Below, piece after piece: positions 9,136 to 18,404 of a DNA stretch of 64,000 bases. The DNA is from a virus (Duplodnaviria > Caudoviricetes), in the IMG/VR virus record IMGVR_UViG_3300049926_000039, positions 5,804-69,803 of that record; one strand, given 5' to 3'. Position 1 is the first letter of the stretch. The number at the start of each line of letters is the position of its first letter. The notes beneath the pieces are model-generated. The model did no database searches and had not been told where the DNA came from. It saw only the letters and a program-made list of their open reading frames with translations. Both the position numbers and the translations under genes were made by a program.

Positions 9136-9434
9136 TTCGAGATGACCTGCCCCCGACCGAATGGTTCGACCAGTTCCCGGACGCGCCCGGCTGGGAGCAC
9201 GACCAATGGTGCGCCCGACATTGGGCACCCTGCCCGATCCTCGGCGCGAACGGCATTGGTGCCTCCGTCGAACTGATGCAGGTCTTCGTCAACGAGGTGG
9301 CCACCGGTCGCACCCCTGAGGCGCTGAACGCGCAGATGCAGGCAGCGGGTCGGATCTGCTGCACGCTCGGTGATGAACGCATGTACCAGCTGTGGGGGCA
9401 CTGGCCGCCAGCGAGCGACACGGTGACGTCATGA
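9132..9434 (+). CDS. hypothetical protein
   Basis: 100 aa, GTGA coupling, C-rich. Confidence 0.55.
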   Translation: MIRDDLPPTEWFDQFPDAPGWEHDQWCARHWAPCPILGANGIGASVELMQVFVNEVATGRTPEALNAQMQAAGRICCTLGDERMYQLWGHWPPASDTVTS

Positions 9435-9745
9435 CCGATCCTGACCAGCCGCAGCCGCGTACCGACCCGATCGTGGACCGGGTGAACGAGCTTGGCACCA
9501 CCTTCCTCGACATTCTCGGCGCCCTGCTGCTCTCCGCGGGCGCGGCGTACGGGGCGTGGCAGGCGTGGGGTGTTGCCCTGGGGCTGGCAGTCGGCGGGTT
9601 CGCCGTAACCCTGCTCTCGGGCCTCGCCCAGGCCAGAGCACGTCCGCGGGCAGCGCGCGTGCCGCCCGGCGCGCATCCGCACCGCGAGTTTCTTCCCGGG
9701 CCGGAAGACCCGGGCAACCTTCATGTAGCAGGGCGGGGTCGGTGA
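9431..9745 (+). CDS. small membrane protein upstream of portal
   Basis: two TM helices, typical pre-portal position. Confidence 0.6.
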   Translation: MTDPDQPQPRTDPIVDRVNELGTTFLDILGALLLSAGAAYGAWQAWGVALGLAVGGFAVTLLSGLAQARARPRAARVPPGAHPHREFLPGPEDPGNLHVAGRGR

Positions 9746-9748
9746 CGT

Positions 9749-11050
9749 ATGGGACTCTTCGGCCCTAGGACGCAGCGGGCATTCTTCGGCATCACGGGCG
9801 CCGAGGATCTGATCCCGACCCAGACCCGGTTCGGTGGGGGTGTACGCGCGGTCGGCAATCAGGTGGTCACCGACGATCGGGCGATGCGGCACAGCGTGGT
9901 GTGGGCGTGTCTGCGCCTTCAGGCGGGGCTGATCTCGACATTCCCGGTCGACCAGTACCGCGACGTCCTCGGCATCCAGACCGAGTACAGCCCGATGCCG
10001 CCGATCCTCACCGATCCGGGCGGGACGCGGGTGGGCATGGTCGACTGGCTGGCGATGACCCAATTGGATCTCGGCCGGGCCGGGAACACGGTCGGATTGA
10101 TCGTGGAACGCAACGCCATGCGGACCCCGTACTACCCGGACGGCCTGCCGTCGCGGATCGAGCTGCAACCCGCTGCGATGTGCTCGTACGTCAAGCGCAG
10201 GGACAAGCCTGCCCAGTGGCGGATCGACGGCAAGTTCTACGACCCCCGGGACGTCTACCACGAGCGCGCCAACGTGGTCGCTGGGATGGACATCGGCCTG
10301 CCGACGGTGCTGTACGCCGCGCTGGCCATCGGCGAAGGTCTGTCGATGCAGAAGCACGGGCTCGACTGGTTCTCGACGGGCGGTATCCCGAAGGCCCGGA
10401 TGCGGAATCTCGCGAAGCGGCTCAACGCGAACGAGATCGCGACGGCGAAGCAGTGGTACTCGGACACGATCAACAACGGCGACGTGCTGGTAACCGGTAA
10501 CGACTGGGAGTACGACTTCATTCAGGCGCAGCAGGCGGGGATGGAGTTCATCGAGGGCCGCAAGTTGGCCGGCGCCGACGTGTGCCGCTACTTCGATACC
10601 CCTGCCGACCTGGTGGACGTGCAGGCCAGTAGCGGCGGCAGTATCACGTACGCGAACATCACTCAGCGGAACCTGCAGTACCTGCTCTACCACCTCGGCC
10701 CGATGGTGGCCCGCCGCGAGGTGGCCCTGAGCAGGCTGTTGCCCCGCCCCCGGTACGTGAAGCTGAACACCGACGCCCTGTTGCGGATGGACCCGCAGAC
10801 CAGGCAAGAGGTCATGCGCTCGAAGATCGAATCTTGGTTCCTGACGAACAGCGAAGCGCGCGAGCTCGACAACCTGCCGCCGCTGACCGCAGCACAGCGG
10901 GCCGAACTGACCGACATCTACGGACGGCCGTTGGCGGCCGCACGGACGTTGACCCCGACGCAGGGTCCGCCGACCACCACTGATACCGGCACCGAGCAGA
11001 GCGGCACCAACACGGATACGGCCCCGGCACCTGCCCCGGCCGGAGCATGA
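9749..11050 (+). CDS. HK97-family portal protein
   Basis: AMRHSVVWACLRL, FSTGGIP, DVCRYFDTP, SITYANITQ, TNSEARELDNLPP motifs. Confidence 0.92.
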   Translation: MGLFGPRTQRAFFGITGAEDLIPTQTRFGGGVRAVGNQVVTDDRAMRHSVVWACLRLQAGLISTFPVDQYRDVLGIQTEYSPMPPILTDPGGTRVGMVDWLAMTQLDLGRAGNTVGLIVERNAMRTPYYPDGLPSRIELQPAAMCSYVKRRDKPAQWRIDGKFYDPRDVYHERANVVAGMDIGLPTVLYAALAIGEGLSMQKHGLDWFSTGGIPKARMRNLAKRLNANEIATAKQWYSDTINNGDVLVTGNDWEYDFIQAQQAGMEFIEGRKLAGADVCRYFDTPADLVDVQASSGGSITYANITQRNLQYLLYHLGPMVARREVALSRLLPRPRYVKLNTDALLRMDPQTRQEVMRSKIESWFLTNSEARELDNLPPLTAAQRAELTDIYGRPLAAARTLTPTQGPPTTTDTGTEQSGTNTDTAPAPAPAGA

Positions 11051-11063
11051 GGGGAAGGCCATC

Positions 11064-12746
11064 ATGACGGTCACGGCAGCGGCGGAACGGCGCGCAGCGG
11101 CGGATCGACGTCTTTACGCCGCGAACGCCGAGCGCTACAACCACGGCGACATCGCCTACAAGCGGTACCGATCGTTGGCCCCGGGTATCGGCGTGGCCCG
11201 TCGAGTGCCGACGAAGACGCAGATCCGGGCGGTTCCCGAGACGCGCAATGACAAGGAGCTCGTGCACACGTCGGGTTTCTTCACCGTCTACGACCGGGCG
11301 TACCCGATGTGGGACACGTTCGGCCAGTACGAGGAAGTGGTGGTACGCGGGGCGGGCGCGAAGACGATCGCCGCGAAGCCGGATGTCGCCTTCCTGACCA
11401 ACCACACCGGCATGACGATGGCCCGGACGGTGAACGGGACGTTGGTCCTTCAGGAGCGGTCCGAGGGCGGGTGGCATGACGCGTGGTTGAACCCTCAGCG
11501 CAGCGACGTGCATGACCTGGTCGTGGCCATCGATGACAAGAACGTCGATCAGATGTCGTTCGCGTTCACCATCCCGGAGGATGGCGGATGGTGGTCGGAT
11601 GACTTCACCCGGTACGACATCCGCTCGTACGATCTGGACCGTGGCGACGTGAGCGCAGTCAACTACGGGGCGAGCCCGTACACGGACATCTCCGCCCGTG
11701 CGGCCGAGGTGCTGGACGACATCGAGCGTCTGCCGCTGGGTGCGCTGCACGAGGCCGCGGCCCGTCTCACCGCGCGGGCTCGCGAGGGTTCCGGGCGGGA
11801 TGGGCGGATCGAGGTACGCCACGCACCCCGCACGGTCGATCCGGGCGCTTCCCGCGCCGTCCGCACGCTGCAAGGCCGTTTCGCCCGCACCGCGGCCCGG
11901 TACGTGGATCTGTCCGAGCGCGGGAATCTGGGCGTGGCCGATCTGGTGACAGCGCGTCTGCCCTGGTACGAGATCCGGGCGAGTGAGGCCCCCACCGGTG
12001 AGAGCGACGCCCCGGAGTCGACGGACGTGTTCATCTACGACGAGATCGGCGGGTCCATGGGGGTGGACGCGAAAACTTTTGCCGAAGATTTGAACGCCAT
12101 TTCCACGCCACAGATCAACGTTCGTATCAATTCCCCCGGCGGTTCCGTGTTCGACGGGCTCGCCATCCACTCGTCGCTGATGCACCACCCTTCGCACGTC
12201 ACCACGTACGTGGACGGCATCGCGGCGTCGGCGGCGAGCGTGATCGCGCTGGGCGGGGACGAGATCGTGACCATGCCGGGCGGGCAGTGGATGATGCACA
12301 ACGCGTCCATGAGCATCGACGGGCAGGCCGTCGACCTGCGCAAGGGTGCGACGTTCCTCGATCGGCAGTCGGGCAACCTGGCCGAGATGTACGCCAAGCG
12401 GATGAACGTCCCGGTCGAGGATGCGCAGAGGTTGATGGACGAGGAGACGTGGGCGTTCGCCGAGGAGTCGGTGGAGTTGGGCCTGTCCGATCGGGTGGGC
12501 GAACGCAACCCCGCGAAGGTGCCGCAGGACATGTCCGAGCGAATGACCCGGAAGCATGATCTGACCAGGTTCGGCTACCGATACCTAGGCCGCTTCGCCG
12601 CCCCCGCCCCCCGTCAGACGCGCGTACCGGACGTCGCCAACGACCTCGTTCGGCGGGCTACATCGGAGCGCACTACCCCCGAACAGCCGAAAGGCCGTAG
12701 CATCGCCTTGATCGAGGCGCAATTGGGTCTTGACGAACGTAGTTAG
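11064..12746 (+). CDS. fusion: HK97 prohead protease + ClpP-like (S14) protease
   Basis: N-half FLTNH...MSFAF...DVSAVNYGASPYT; C-half INSPGGSVFDG, GIAASAASVI, MMHNA, EETW. Confidence 0.88.
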   Translation: MTVTAAAERRAAADRRLYAANAERYNHGDIAYKRYRSLAPGIGVARRVPTKTQIRAVPETRNDKELVHTSGFFTVYDRAYPMWDTFGQYEEVVVRGAGAKTIAAKPDVAFLTNHTGMTMARTVNGTLVLQERSEGGWHDAWLNPQRSDVHDLVVAIDDKNVDQMSFAFTIPEDGGWWSDDFTRYDIRSYDLDRGDVSAVNYGASPYTDISARAAEVLDDIERLPLGALHEAAARLTARAREGSGRDGRIEVRHAPRTVDPGASRAVRTLQGRFARTAARYVDLSERGNLGVADLVTARLPWYEIRASEAPTGESDAPESTDVFIYDEIGGSMGVDAKTFAEDLNAISTPQINVRINSPGGSVFDGLAIHSSLMHHPSHVTTYVDGIAASAASVIALGGDEIVTMPGGQWMMHNASMSIDGQAVDLRKGATFLDRQSGNLAEMYAKRMNVPVEDAQRLMDEETWAFAEESVELGLSDRVGERNPAKVPQDMSERMTRKHDLTRFGYRYLGRFAAPAPRQTRVPDVANDLVRRATSERTTPEQPKGRSIALIEAQLGLDERS

Positions 12747-12760
12747 ACGTGGACTAGGTC

Positions 12761-12902
12761 CGCTGGCAGTCACACCAGCGATCTTCGGCAGTCACACCGA
12801 CATGCCCACGACGACCAGTCCCTATAGCAACGCCACGCGGGCCCCCATCCGGCAGTCACACCGGCGGCGGTAGACGAACGCTGATCGGCAAGTCACACCC
12901 GG
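12761..12902 (+). repeat. four hairpins presenting loop CAGTCACA in the capsid-gene leader
   Basis: GGCAGTCACACC at three positions plus GGCAAGTCACACC, each closed by a different complementary stem. Confidence 0.8.
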
Positions 12903-12958
12903 ACGCGCCCGTACCTGCGGGGCAGGCTAACCACCTGCAACCCGAAGGAGACGTCGCT

Positions 12959-14428
12959 ATGGCGACGATCGAGGACATCATCATCAGCCTTGAGGCTGAG
13001 CGTGACCAGGAGCAGCGTGACCGGGAGCGGTCGCTGCAGGAGGTCAAGGGAATCTTGGCGTCGGCTCGCGGCGAGGGCCGTAGCAACGTCACCCCCGAAG
13101 AGGACGAGGCGGTCGAGCGCGCCGAGAAGCGCGCCGAAGACTGCAAGGCCCGGCTCAAGGGCGTCGAACACCGGCTCGACATCGCGAAGCGGACGAAGCT
13201 GCGCGAGCTCGAGAACGACGACGAACTACGCCAGCGGGCGGCCGAGCCCGAATCTCTCCCCCGTCGCGGATCGAGTGCCCCGGTCACGGCCGGCGGTAAG
13301 CCCGCGTACGACCGGGTGGCCCGCATCGGGCAGGAAGAGCGCACCTACCACAAGGGCAACACCGGTGACGGCGGCGTGTTCCTGCGCGACATCGCGATGC
13401 AGTACATGTTCCGCGACATCGAGGCAGAGCAGCGGCTCTCCCGCCACATGCAGGAGGAGCGGGTCGAACGCGGTCAGTACATGACCCGCGCGGTGGGCAC
13501 CGGCGCGTTCGCCGGCCTGACGGTCCCGCAGTATCTGACCGAGATGTACGCACCCGCTACGGCGAACCTGTCCCCGTTCGCGGACGTCTGCAATCACCAC
13601 GACCTGCCCGAGTCGGGCATGACGGTCAACATCTCCCGCATCACCACGCCGACGAGTGTGGCGCTGCAGGCGACGGAGAACCTGGCCGTGAGCAACACCG
13701 ACATCGATGACACTCTGCTCACGATCGCGGTACAGACCGCGGCCGGGCAGCAGATCCTCTCGCGTCAGGCGATCGAGCGTGGCACGGGCGTCGAGGGCAT
13801 CGTCATGGATGACCTGTTCCGCCGGTATGCGACGACGAAGGACAGCACGCTGATCAACCAGGCTGTAACCGGGCTGTCCGCGGTGGGCACGTCGGTGCCG
13901 TACGTGGACGCGACCCCGACGGCGGCCGAACTGTGGCCGAAGCTGCTGGGTGCGGCGTCGGGTGTCGAGCAGGCCCTGATCGGCATGGGCAACGCCGACA
14001 TCGCAGTCATGCACTCGCGTCGGTGGTACTGGTTCCAGTCGCAGCTCACGAACTCGTGGCCGCTGGTGTCCCAGCCTGGCCTCGGGTCGACGGGCGAGCC
14101 GGGTGCGGCGCTGGCCGCGAACAACGGCACGGCGTACGCGAAGGGTGCGCGCGGCGTCCTGCCGAGCGGCATGGTCGTGATCACGGACAACAACATCCCG
14201 ACCGTGAAGGGTGGCGGCACCGAGGACGAGATCTACGTGACGTCCAGCCAGGAATGTCACCTGTGGGAGGACCCGAACGCGCCGGTCTTCATCCGGGCGG
14301 AGCAGCCAGCGGCGGCCAGCCTAGGTGTCCTGCTTGTCCTTTATGGATACTTTGCCTACTCATTTGGGCGTTTCGCCAACTCTGTCAGTCTAATTGGGGG
14401 CACCGGCCTCATAGCGCCGGTCTTCTAG
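12959..14428 (+). CDS. major capsid protein (HK97 fold, N-terminal scaffold/delta domain)
   Basis: coiled-coil N-terminus, GTGAFAGLTVPQYL, position after protease, RBS AAGGAG. Confidence 0.9.
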   Translation: MATIEDIIISLEAERDQEQRDRERSLQEVKGILASARGEGRSNVTPEEDEAVERAEKRAEDCKARLKGVEHRLDIAKRTKLRELENDDELRQRAAEPESLPRRGSSAPVTAGGKPAYDRVARIGQEERTYHKGNTGDGGVFLRDIAMQYMFRDIEAEQRLSRHMQEERVERGQYMTRAVGTGAFAGLTVPQYLTEMYAPATANLSPFADVCNHHDLPESGMTVNISRITTPTSVALQATENLAVSNTDIDDTLLTIAVQTAAGQQILSRQAIERGTGVEGIVMDDLFRRYATTKDSTLINQAVTGLSAVGTSVPYVDATPTAAELWPKLLGAASGVEQALIGMGNADIAVMHSRRWYWFQSQLTNSWPLVSQPGLGSTGEPGAALAANNGTAYAKGARGVLPSGMVVITDNNIPTVKGGGTEDEIYVTSSQECHLWEDPNAPVFIRAEQPAAASLGVLLVLYGYFAYSFGRFANSVSLIGGTGLIAPVF

Positions 14429-14449
14429 GCGATCATTGCCCCGCTAATT

Positions 14450-14464
14450 TGATACAATGGACGG
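14450..14464 (+). promoter_or_regulatory. extended -10 leaderless promoter for HNH gene
   Basis: TGATACAAT-N6-ATG(14465). Confidence 0.6.
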
Positions 14465-15124
14465 ATGGAGCAGCAGAGGTGCGGACGGTGCAAGTCCAGT
14501 CTTCCGATCGACAAGTTCTCCCCGAGTTACCGGGGCAGAATCGGGACGTGGTGCAAGTCGTGCATGGCGGATTACGTCCGTGCGCGATCGAAAGGGACGG
14601 CTCCGACGCAGGAGCCCGTGCCCCACGAGACTCGGACGTGCGCGAAATGCGGAGGGACGTTCGTCCCGAAGAGGCTGGACGGTCGGTCGGCGTATTGCGG
14701 GTTCGCCTGCAAGGACAGGGCAAAGAAGGACCGGCAGATAGCCGAGCGGGAGACGGCCAAGCCTATCCGGCACTGCGTCTGGTGCTCAGTGGAGATGCCA
14801 CGGCGGATGCGCTCCGACGCTCGGTTCTGCTCAGAGGAGTGCAACTCCCGCGCGCACGCTATGACGCGGAAGTTCTGGAAGCGGTTCGGCGAGAGCCGGA
14901 CCGACTCGGCCCTGATTCTGAGGACCGAGTTGGCCGAGCGCGACGGGCTCGACTGCTATCTCTGCGGCGCCGCATTGACGTTGTCGAGCAAGCATCCGGA
15001 CCCGCTGTACGCGTCAGTGGATCATGTGCATCCGCTGGCGAAGGGCGGCACGAACGATCGATCGAATCTCAGGCTGGCGCACCTCGTGTGCAACTTGCGG
15101 AAGCGGGCCGAACTGGTCGCCTGA
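14465..15124 (+). CDS. free-standing HNH homing endonuclease with CxxC repeats
   Basis: multiple CxxC, RDGLDCYLCG...SVDHVHPLAKGGTNDRSNLRLAHLVCN. Confidence 0.88.
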   Translation: MEQQRCGRCKSSLPIDKFSPSYRGRIGTWCKSCMADYVRARSKGTAPTQEPVPHETRTCAKCGGTFVPKRLDGRSAYCGFACKDRAKKDRQIAERETAKPIRHCVWCSVEMPRRMRSDARFCSEECNSRAHAMTRKFWKRFGESRTDSALILRTELAERDGLDCYLCGAALTLSSKHPDPLYASVDHVHPLAKGGTNDRSNLRLAHLVCNLRKRAELVA

Positions 15125-15200
15125 GCACCATTAACCCTCAGCGCGTCCTCACCCTGTCCGGGTGTGGGCGCGCTTTCATGCGCCCGGAAGGGCGGTAGGC

Positions 15201-15560
15201 ATGGCATTCGGCATGCAGAACGCGTCAGGCGATACCGCCCTGACGCTCACGGCACAGGGCGCGGCCACGGTCGTGTCCGGTGCGATAGCGGCGGCGGGAG
15301 CGGCGGCGTACGTGCTGTTGCTCGTGCACGTCTCGGCGGTCACGGGGACCCCCACGCTGAACGTCTCGCTCGAACAGTCAGCGAGCGGCACGGGCAGCTG
15401 GTCGGCGGTCCCCGGTTCGGCCATCGCGCAGTTGTCGGCGGCGGGCAACGCGGTGGCGTTCGCCTATCCGACCGCCAACTACGTCCGGGTGACCGCCACG
15501 GTTGCCGGGACCACACCAGCGGTCACGGCGACAGTCGCCGTGATCACGTTCGCAGAGTAG
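15201..15560 (+). CDS. putative virion structural (decoration-like) protein
   Basis: beta-rich Ala/Thr/Val 119 aa protein after MCP. Confidence 0.55.
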   Translation: MAFGMQNASGDTALTLTAQGAATVVSGAIAAAGAAAYVLLLVHVSAVTGTPTLNVSLEQSASGTGSWSAVPGSAIAQLSAAGNAVAFAYPTANYVRVTATVAGTTPAVTATVAVITFAE

Positions 15561-15569
15561 GAGCAGGCC

Positions 15570-15953
15570 ATGGCAAAGGACGACGCTGCGGACGTTCAGC
15601 GGCGCAACACGGACCCGACGATCCCGTTCGACGGCGCGCTGCCGGAGAACATGGCAGGCCCGTACAGCAACGCCGAGCTCGAGGTGGGCGACCGGAAGCG
15701 GTCGGCGTCGCTGACCGAGGCCACCGATGAGGCCACCCGCCTGCGTCCCGAATTCGGCAGGCAGGCGGTTCAGAGCGGCGACGCGATCACCGATTCTGAC
15801 GTCAACGCCAACCCGTCGGCGGGGCTGAACGTGGCTGAGGACTCGGGGCAGAAGGCCCGCCAGGAGCGTGACGAGGCTCAGGGCGTCGCCGGTCTCACGT
15901 CGACTCCGCCGGCGGGACGCAAGTCCCCCTCGGCTGCCAAGGAGAAGGCGTAA
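15570..15953 (+). CDS. hypothetical protein
   Basis: 127 aa, RBS GGAG. Confidence 0.6.
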   Translation: MAKDDAADVQRRNTDPTIPFDGALPENMAGPYSNAELEVGDRKRSASLTEATDEATRLRPEFGRQAVQSGDAITDSDVNANPSAGLNVAEDSGQKARQERDEAQGVAGLTSTPPAGRKSPSAAKEKA

Positions 15954-15956
15954 CTG

Positions 15957-16544
15957 GTGGAGGCGGAGTTGTGTCGCGCGGTCGCCCATGAGGCCGCACG
16001 TCGGGGCGCCCGGGTGAACGTCCACGAACTGTGGGCGGCGCTCGAGGCGGTCAACGACGTGCGGCCGAGGCTGATCGTCGACATCGATTCCGGTCCGGCC
16101 GTGCTGTGGGCGTGGTGGTCGATGGCCACGGCGGTCATCGGAGTGTCGTCGCGGGATGTCCCGCCGGCGGCGTTCAGCGGGGAGAGGCTCCCCGAATCGG
16201 TGACCGCCCTGGTCGGCGACCCCGGGGATGCCTCCACCGTGCTGAGGGTGGCCGATCAAGTCGCCGGCCGCCCCGTGGACGTGCTGGTGCTCGGTGACCC
16301 GTCGGGCAGCGTGGACGGGGCACGGCGGGTGTTCAACGCCTACATCCCGATGGTGCGCGAGAAGGGTCTGGCGCTGGTGCACGGCATCGCGGACCGGCAC
16401 GCGCCGGGCATCCGGCAGTTCTGGCGGGGGGTCGCCTCGGCCGAGAGCCGGGAGTTGATCGGTTCGGTCGAGCCGGTCATCGGATACGGGGTCGTGAAGG
16501 TTCACGGGAAGGTCCACGGGAAGGACAGCGCCGATCATGGCTGA
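15957..16544 (+). CDS. degenerate class I SAM-methyltransferase-like protein
   Basis: Methyltransf_24-like layout (RPRLIVDID, GDPGD, GRPVDVLVL, YIPMVREKGLALVH, FW) but motif residues altered. Confidence 0.45.
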   Translation: MEAELCRAVAHEAARRGARVNVHELWAALEAVNDVRPRLIVDIDSGPAVLWAWWSMATAVIGVSSRDVPPAAFSGERLPESVTALVGDPGDASTVLRVADQVAGRPVDVLVLGDPSGSVDGARRVFNAYIPMVREKGLALVHGIADRHAPGIRQFWRGVASAESRELIGSVEPVIGYGVVKVHGKVHGKDSADHG

Positions 16545-16716
16545 CACGTCCGACCGCCCGTCCGAGGCTGTACGCAGGGCGGGTAAGGCACGCAAGGCGC
16601 GTGCGACGCGAGAACGCCGCGCGTCCGGGTCCGACAGCGAGTCCGTCGACCCGACGTCCGAGTCGCGGTCGAAGCCGCCCGAGGGTCGTTCGACCAAGCC
16701 CGTGACGAGGGCGTGA
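16537..16716 (+). CDS. small basic hypothetical protein
   Basis: 59 aa ORF between coupled genes. Confidence 0.4.
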   Translation: MADTSDRPSEAVRRAGKARKARATRERRASGSDSESVDPTSESRSKPPEGRSTKPVTRA

Positions 16717-16719
16717 CCG

Positions 16720-17592
16720 ATGTCGATCCGGGTCCTTCGTACGGCTAAGGCCACGCTGCAAAGGTCGTTCTACCTCGACGAGGTGGCGACCGCCGCGACG
16801 GGTGCCGTTACCGTGTCTGTGACTCGGCTAGACGGCACGGTGGTGGAGTCCGGTTCGGCGACAGGACCCGGGGTCGGCAACGTGTACTCCTACCTCTTTG
16901 GCGGGCGGGATGTGGTCGATGAACTGGTGATCACATGGAGCGGTACGTTCGGTGGCGATTTGATCACGTACGACCAGGACCGCATCGAGGTGGTCGGCGG
17001 GTTCCTCTTCTCCCTTGCTGAGGGCCGCGCGGTTGACCCCGCACTGGCCTCGTCGGTGAAGTTCCCGACCGCCGACCTGGCCGACTACCGCACCGCGACC
17101 GAGGCAGAGGCGGAGCGGATCTGCGGGCAGGCATTCGTGCCACGCTTCCGCCGGGTCACGGTGAACGGCACCGGTCGGCCGAGCCTGATGATGCCCGACC
17201 CGCTGATCCGGGCGATCCGTTCGGTGAAGGTCAACGGCGTGACGTTCGATGTGGGCAGCACGGCCCTGGTCGGGTTCTCCGACGCGGGCATGATCTATCT
17301 GTCGTCGGGCTGGATTCAGGGTGTGCCCACAGGCCTGCGGAACATCACCATCGAGTACGAGCACGGGTGGGACGCCCCGCCCACGGACATCGTGCGGGCG
17401 TCGAAACTGCGGTTCAAGTCGATGGCTCTGCGCGCGAAGTCGGCGCTGCCGGACACCGCTGAGCGGGTCATCACCGTGGATCAGCAGGGCGGCACGGTCG
17501 TCTACGGTTCGCCGAGCATCGAGAAGGTCGGCATCCCCGAGGTGGACGCCGCGTACGGCCGGTTCCCGTCGCCGCGTCCCGGGTTCGGGTGA
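16720..17592 (+). CDS. head-tail connector/adaptor protein
   Basis: TEAEAERICGQAFVPR...ITIEYEHGWDAPPTDIV adaptor-like motifs, synteny. Confidence 0.7.
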   Translation: MSIRVLRTAKATLQRSFYLDEVATAATGAVTVSVTRLDGTVVESGSATGPGVGNVYSYLFGGRDVVDELVITWSGTFGGDLITYDQDRIEVVGGFLFSLAEGRAVDPALASSVKFPTADLADYRTATEAEAERICGQAFVPRFRRVTVNGTGRPSLMMPDPLIRAIRSVKVNGVTFDVGSTALVGFSDAGMIYLSSGWIQGVPTGLRNITIEYEHGWDAPPTDIVRASKLRFKSMALRAKSALPDTAERVITVDQQGGTVVYGSPSIEKVGIPEVDAAYGRFPSPRPGFG

Positions 17593-17596
17593 TGAC

Positions 17597-18067
17597 GTGA
17601 CGACGTTGATCGCGTGGGCGGCGAAGCGGGCCATCATCGCCCGGATCACGAATTGGGCAGACCCGGCCATCGCGCTGCCCGCCGACCCGCTGTACGGGGT
17701 GCAGGTCGGGTACACCCTGCCTCCGCAACCGGACCGGATCTGCGTGTACGGCGGCCGCGTCCGGTCGGTGCGGGCTCAGGCCACGGGCGAGCATGCCTCG
17801 CTGTTTCAGGAGGACGTGACCGTAGAGGTTCGGGTACGGGTGTTCGAGCCGGGCGGGGACGTCGAGGACACGGAGCGGGTGGCCGAGGGTATCGCTCAGC
17901 GCATCGCTGCGGCGGTGTCGGCGGAGCCGCGACTGACCTCGACGGGGGCGGTCGCGGTGACGTCGACCGACGCGGACCCGACCATCCTGTCCCCCGACCC
18001 CGAGCCGTCGGTGACTGCGAACGTGGTCCTCACCGTGTCCCTGTCGATGTTCACCCAGGGGGCGTGA
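17597..18067 (+). CDS. head-tail joining / tail terminator-like protein
   Basis: synteny, 156 aa. Confidence 0.5.
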   Translation: MTTLIAWAAKRAIIARITNWADPAIALPADPLYGVQVGYTLPPQPDRICVYGGRVRSVRAQATGEHASLFQEDVTVEVRVRVFEPGGDVEDTERVAEGIAQRIAAAVSAEPRLTSTGAVAVTSTDADPTILSPDPEPSVTANVVLTVSLSMFTQGA

Positions 18068-18068
18068 C

Positions 18069-18386
18069 ATGCCGCAGCAGACGACGGTCACGGTCTCCTA
18101 CCGGGAGGCGGGCGAACGCGAACTGATGACCTCCGGTTACGTGCGCGAGGTCATGCAGGGCATCGGTGACCGGATCGCGGCAGACGCCAGCGAGCATGCC
18201 CCCCATCGGTCCGGGGCGGGGGCAAGGTCCATCCACGCGGTCACAGAGCTCGGCCCGAACGGGTGGGAAGTGCGCATCGGATGGTCCCGGCCTAGCTACT
18301 ACCTCGGTTTTCACGAGACCGGAACGGTCTACATGCCGGCCCGTCCGTTCCTCGTGCCCGCGCTCGATCGAGCCCGCGGAATCTAG
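18069..18386 (+). CDS. HK97 gp10-like tail component
   Basis: APHRSG...RSI...YLGFHETGT..MPARPFLVPALD motif. Confidence 0.8.
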   Translation: MPQQTTVTVSYREAGERELMTSGYVREVMQGIGDRIAADASEHAPHRSGAGARSIHAVTELGPNGWEVRIGWSRPSYYLGFHETGTVYMPARPFLVPALDRARGI

Positions 18387-18404
18387 TCAGGAAGGGGTGC
18401 CGTC

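Noticed and set aside
8948-12557. Long antisense ORFs (8948-11074, 10812-12557) and similar ones such as 13226-14260, 15378-16754, 35063-37264
   Set aside because: Shadow frames of high-GC genes; they overlap well-supported portal, protease, capsid and traB genes and show no motifs.
12761-12902. CRISPR-like array interpretation of the GGCAGTCACACC repeats
   Set aside because: Repeats are only 12 bp, spacing is irregular, and no cas genes are present.
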